Of a stretch of DNA of 64,000 nucleotides, positions 57,513-64,000 are shown one piece after another. Origin of the DNA: Eledone cirrhosa (lineage: Eukaryota); the NCBI GenBank assembly GCA_964016885.1, contig OZ024743.1, positions 21,762,001 to 21,826,000 of the forward strand, in the 5' to 3' direction. The notes beneath the pieces are model-generated. The model was given only the letters and a program-made list of their open reading frames with translations, searched no databases and was not told the origin of the DNA. Position 1 is the first letter of the stretch. Each line of letters begins with the position of its first letter. Both the position numbers and the translations under genes were made by a program.

Positions 57513-58388
57513 ATAAACGTGCTGCGTGGTTGCTAATGTGTTACATATGAATAAAGTTAGTCCTTCATCAGTGATCTTCCAACCATCATTGGTATTTCAT
57601 CGCTTTAAAGACCATATACCTCCGGTTGGTGCGAGCAACGGCTAAAAAAAAGTCGTTGGGACACGTAAATAAAGGGGACACGAGAGTGTAAACAAACAAA
57701 GATGGTGAAGCAACGAAAAGTGAGGAAGAAAGAGTCAAGTCCGGTGAAATCATGAACGAGAGAGAATAAAGACCATCAAACCTGGTATGGAAATTTGGGA
57801 CTTGACTCTTTCTTCCTCACTTTTCGTTACTTCACCATCTTTGTTTGTTTACACTCTTGTGTCCCCTTTATTTACGTGTCCCAACGACTCTTTTTAGCCG
57901 TTGCTCGCACCAACCGGAGGTATATGGTCTTTAAAGCGATGAAATACCAATGATGGTTGGAAGATCACTGATGAAGGACTAACTTTATTCATATGTAACA
58001 CATTAGCTACCACGCAGCACGTTTATTCTCATATTTACACATTTTTTCCCCCGCTGTGACCCGTCTATTTCGTTCTTACTGCTTCCTCTTTCTCTGTATC
58101 TTTACCCTCTCTAACAGTCACTCTCTCTGTTAGCCTCTTCCTCACCCTTCACTCACTCACTCTCTGTTACTACCTCTCCTCCTCCTCCTTCCCGTTTGAC
58201 CTGTGCGTAATTCTTTTCTTTCGCACCCTTGGTCAGGCAGGTTTGCTTTTTTTCTCTCTCTCGTCTACGATTTCACAGACTAGATTCCTTCTTCCTCCCG
58301 TTAGACCTGTATGGAATTCCTTCCTTGCTCACATTCCAACCAGGTTTGATGGTCTTTATTCTCTCTCGTTCACGATTTCACCGAACTT
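57505..58388. mobile_element. Non-coding element with 238-bp inverted repeat and terminal redundancy, Penelope-like architecture
   Basis: 57505-57742 is the reverse complement of 57798-58034. The spacer's reverse complement recurs at 58334-58388. Confidence 0.6.
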
Positions 58389-59107
58389 ATATTCATCATC
58401 ACTATCATCATTGATTAATGTCCTTTTTTTCTGCTAGCAAGGGCTGGACATAAAGTCACAGACCAGTCAGTACTGGAGTTGTAGCCTCTAATCACTGCTC
58501 TACTGCACACATATACCATTATCATTGTCATTTAACATTTGTTGCTTGCTAGGAAGAGTTGGACTTATATATATGCCAGCCTTCAGAAAGTCACCAGTTT
58601 GCTGTGCATTTCATACAATATAGTATATTTACCTCTATGATTACATATTGAAGGCTCTTTGGTGATTACAACCATACATTCAGTCTATATGTGTGTGTGT
58701 ATGGTATCTCACATACCAGCCATTAGAAATATAGGGAGAGAAAGACCGATAAACAAGTACATAAATGCATTCTCAGCCATCACTTACATAAATAAGAAAA
58801 ATCAAATGAAAGTTGAAGTATGAGTTAGCGGAAATAGCATCAGCACTATGAAGATACACATAAAATATATGCCAATACAACTAAAAGTATCATCTTTGAT
58901 GTTTTAGTACTCTTACAGTCATTCACATAAAGACAGAAACTATTACTGTGACAGTGTAACATTGCGAACACAGTTATAAATGTCCTAATAAAATATAATA
59001 TAGTATATCATAGTATAATATAGTATATTATAGTATAAAATAGTATATTATGGTATAATATAGTATATTATAGTGTTATATAATAAAAAATAATATAATA
59101 TATTATA

Positions 59108-59298
59108 TAATTGTTTCTACTTTTGGCACAAGGCCAGCAATTACCCAGTGCATTACTGGTACTTTATTTTATCGACCCCGTAAGGATGAAAGGCAAAGTT
59201 AACCTCGGCGGGATTTGAACTCAGAATGGCAAGGGCCGTAACTCTATGCATCAAAGCATGGCATCCAACCCTCTACCGATACTGCCAATTCACCGCCC
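59108..59298 (-). mobile_element. Full-length SINE family A
   Basis: Complete from gggcggtgaattggcagtatcgg to agtagaaacaatt on the minus strand. Confidence 0.9.
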
Positions 59299-59816
59299 TG
59301 ATATATGATATAATCAGGTTTAAGAAAATCATCTCACCATAAAACTTCCATGCCATTCTCTTCAATTAGACATGCTCTGGTAAACAAAAAATATTACTGC
59401 ACCTATAAATATGCTTTGAACATGTTCCCACCCACCTCCTACCATTCTTAGTTCATTCACTTTTGATTATTTCTTCAGAAGCTATTGTATAAGAAGGACA
59501 GACATATTCTTCTAAAGAACAAATGTAATGATGATGATGAAAAAAGATTTGCATGAATTGGTAGTAAGTGATGATGAAATGAATTTGGATAATTACCCTT
59601 AACACAAAAACAAATTAATTAATAAAAATCTATAAAAACTCATTAACTGCCTGAGTACTTAGTCAACCTTATATTCTCAGAATGTCTCCCTTTTCTGTCA
59701 TCCACCTACAATCTCTTCACCAGTGATGTAGCAAGAGTGTGTGCTGCCTGGGGAAACCCTTCAGTTTTCTGTCACATAGCCCCCTAAAAAAATACATATT
59801 CCTCTTAATGTATAAA

Positions 59817-59854
<38 letters not shown>

Positions 59855-59893
59855 CACATATATATATATAAATAATTACAACAGTGACATAAA

Positions 59894-59941
59894 CAGGTAC
59901 TTAAGTTTCGTTGGGTTCTGGACCCCAACTCATTCAGCCTG
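59894..59941 (-). ncRNA. Minimal type I hammerhead ribozyme motif
   Basis: Minus strand: cagg-CTGAATGA-gttggg-gtccagaa-cccaac-GAAA-c-ttaa-g-TA-cctg. All three stems pair, the cleavage triplet is GUA, and there is one extra nucleotide in the CUGANGA box. Confidence 0.7.
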
Positions 59942-60117
59942 CCATAAGAAAAATAAAGATAGCCATGTTTATTTTTTTTTTATTTTACTTATGACAGGCT
60001 GACCAGAACCCAACGAAACTTAAGTACCTGTTTATATCACTGTTGTAATTATTTATACTAAACTCGTCCTATGGATTGAGTGCTCTTACCCTTGGATATT
60101 TCTTCCAAACTTTTACA

Positions 60118-61553
<1,436 letters not shown>

Positions 61554-61555
<2 letters not shown>

Positions 61556-61838
61556 CATCATCATCATTTTACGTCCGCTTTTCCCTGCTTGCAAGGGTGG
61601 GACGGGAACTGATTCTGGCTTGATTTCTACAGCTGGATGCCCTTCCTAGCACCAACCTCATTTACAGTGGGTGCTTTTTTGCCATGGCACCTCCACGACC
61701 ACTTACAGCTGAGTAAACTGGAGTAATGTGAAATAAAGTGTCTTGCTCAAGGAAACAACACATCACCCGGTCTGAGAATTGAACTCACAACCTTTCGATT
61801 GCAAGGCCAATGCTCTAACCACTAAGCCATGTGCCTTC
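61554..61838 (-). mobile_element. Composite SINE family B (tRNA-like head + RTE 3' tail)
   Basis: A-box TGGCTTAGTGG, B-box GTTCAATTC, LINE-shared 3' segment and (GAT)n tail. (TA)n on both sides. Confidence 0.85.
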
Positions 61839-61871
61839 ATATATATATATATATAACACTTAAAGTTATGT

Positions 61872-62102
61872 CGCCTGGCAGACCGTTTCACCGAACACCG
61901 CCGGGATATTCGTCTCGGCGGGAGTTCCCCCGTCGCCCGCCACTTTGGCTCCCCTGGACATTCCACGCACCACCTCACAGTCTGTGGCCTACTCCAATGC
62001 CATGGAACACCCGCCACCCGCCTCAGGGTCAAACACCGCACCATCTTCACCCTACAGACCCACACTGCCCCCGGCCTGAATTCCCCACCCCTATTCCTTT
62101 AG
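61872..62102 (+). pseudogene. Penelope-like GIY-YIG endonuclease C-terminal fragment
   Basis: Frame absent from the ORF track: RLADRFTEHRRDIRLGGSSPVARHFGSPGHSTHHLTVCGLLQCHGTPATRLRVKHRTIFTLQTHTAPGLNSPPLFL*, showing R..RF.EH / PVA.HF...H / IF.L.T..P.GLN motifs. Confidence 0.88.
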
Positions 62103-63507
62103 CCTTCGACCGCCCTGTCCCCCCACCCACACACACACATATCCCCCACTAACACCACTAACACTCCTTTCCACCGCCCATCCCCTTGGCAGACCCCACA
62201 ACTAACAATACTAACACCCCAACCCCAACAACTAACAATACTAACATCCCCAACCCCAACAACTAACATCCACACCCCTCCCCTATCACGCACACACCCA
62301 CCTGTACATATATACACGCACTCACACTATCCACACACCCTACTACCACCACTAACGCTCACCCACACATCCACTCCAACCACCCCACAACTAATACCAC
62401 GCACACGAACACCCACACACACCCACTTACACCACCCACTCTACACCCTACCACCACTGACCCCCACTAACACACCCGCATTCAACCCTTTCCCCACCAC
62501 CAGTATACTAACACCCCCTTCACCACACACTCACTCATCCAAACACACACACACACACACACACACCGTCCACCGTCCCCCACACCTTTTCTCTCCCCGC
62601 TCCACCCACACCTCTTCACACACACACATCCCACTAACACCTACTCATACACACCCCATCGCCCCACATGACCCCCTACCAACTCCACCTTTCACACCTA
62701 CCCATCCTCTCCCCTGTCCACCGCACATCCGCACACACTGACTTTCTCCACCTGCCATTCTCTACTGCTGCTATGCCTTCTCCTGTCTAGACCCTCTGAC
62801 CACTTCTCCGCACACACAGACACACAGTCCTCTCCACCTGTCATTCTCCTCTACCCTCATCCTGCCTTGACCCTCTGACCACTTCCTGGTGCGCGTGCAC
62901 CCCACATCTCCCCTCTTCCAACTACCACAACCAACGGATTACACACCATCGACTATCGTTCCCACTATCCACTCCATAACATTGAAAATATCCGGCAACC
63001 CACCACACCCTCTACGGAACTACCTTAGGAACTTACCCACGGACATACACTCACAATTATTTTTCGAACCACGCCACCTACATCCACAAAACGTATAAAC
63101 ACCAACACACACGTACGTACCCCCACATATATACACACTCAGCCTACGGAATCCTCTCCCCATCCACACACACACACACACCGACCCACACACCAACCTT
63201 TTCCTGAACATGGAACCTCGTTCTTCCCCCAACTCTCACATTCACATATACACATATATACACACACACACACACACGCGTACACCCACACACACACACA
63301 AACACCACCTTCAGCCCTCCCCGCTCGGATACCCCGCCTCCCTCTCCCCACTCCACCTGCCACCACCCCTACACGCCCCACATCCTTCCACCACTTGTTT
63401 ATCTTCATGTTTATTTTTATCCTTTCCACCGCCCCCCCCCCCTTTTTTTTCTAAATGTCTCTCCACTACTCCCCCACACACCCTCGGAACTCTTCCCACC
63501 CACTTTT

Positions 63508-63556
63508 CTCCTGAAGAAGGGCTTATGCCCAAAACGCCCCCCCCCCCTCTCAAGAG
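63508..63556 (+). ncRNA. Degenerate Penelope-type hammerhead ribozyme
   Basis: ctc-CTGAAGA-a-gggc-ttat-gccc-AAAA(GAAA mutated)-cg...tc-aagag. Confidence 0.55.
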
Positions 63557-63612
63557 CGTGGAACTAATAAACCTTCGTTTGTACTGCCTCTGCTTTGTTC
63601 CCGTTCCATTTT

Positions 63613-63672
<60 letters not shown>

Positions 63673-63891
63673 TCTTAAAGTTATATATACATTTAATAAC
63701 TAGTCTCTGTACAATTATAATATTACGCTGCAGCATTAAAAGAACGCTTATAGCAGAACCAAAAGTGCTGCCCACATAAAAGCGTCACCCAGGGTGGACT
63801 GTCCGCCCCCTCACCAACTAGCTATGCTAGTGCTCTTCACTATAGAAGACAATAAGGGAGCTCTTATGTAGTTGCTCATAATAATACACCA

Positions 63892-63943
63892 AGGACTACA
63901 TTATCCAAGACAGCCTTCTGACTGTCTTGGATAATGTAGTCCT
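63892..63943. repeat. Perfect 22-bp hairpin
   Basis: aggactacattatccaagacag - ccttctga - ctgtcttggataatgtagtcct. Confidence 0.9.
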
Positions 63944-64000
63944 AGATATAGTATATACAAGTGATTTAAAGCCACTAGCCTACAGCAAGGTTAACCTTGC

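Larger units (their letters stand above)
61870..63616 (+). mobile_element. 5'-truncated Penelope-like element
   Basis: EN C-terminus, ~1.4 kb C/A-rich 3' region, degenerate hammerhead at 63508-63556, AATAAA at 63566, and flanking duplicate cttaaagttat (61859-61869 / 63674-63684). Confidence 0.8.

Overview
AT-rich, microsatellite-dense eukaryotic (animal) genomic DNA with no confidently identifiable host protein-coding gene. The SINE/LINE repertoire resembles that of octopus-like cephalopods (inference from memory, not a database search). The dominant feature is a ~21.7 kb array of a 29-bp satellite (~750 copies, 32615-54363) with nested higher-order duplications. Both flanks read as adjacent parts of one decayed RTE-clade LINE reverse-transcriptase ORF, and the monomer itself is a piece of that ORF. 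Also present: two young RTE-clade LINEs stacked head-to-tail in a (TA)n tract (19221-24175), each with a PHD-type C4HC3 finger inserted inside the RT; further truncated LINE copies and partner SINEs; an internally deleted Helitron; Penelope-like fragments with inverted repeats and hammerhead-ribozyme motifs; piggyBac-type and hAT-type MITEs; a possible promoter plus non-coding first exon near 12 kb; and a 200-N assembly gap. All calls come from reading and hand-translating the sequence.
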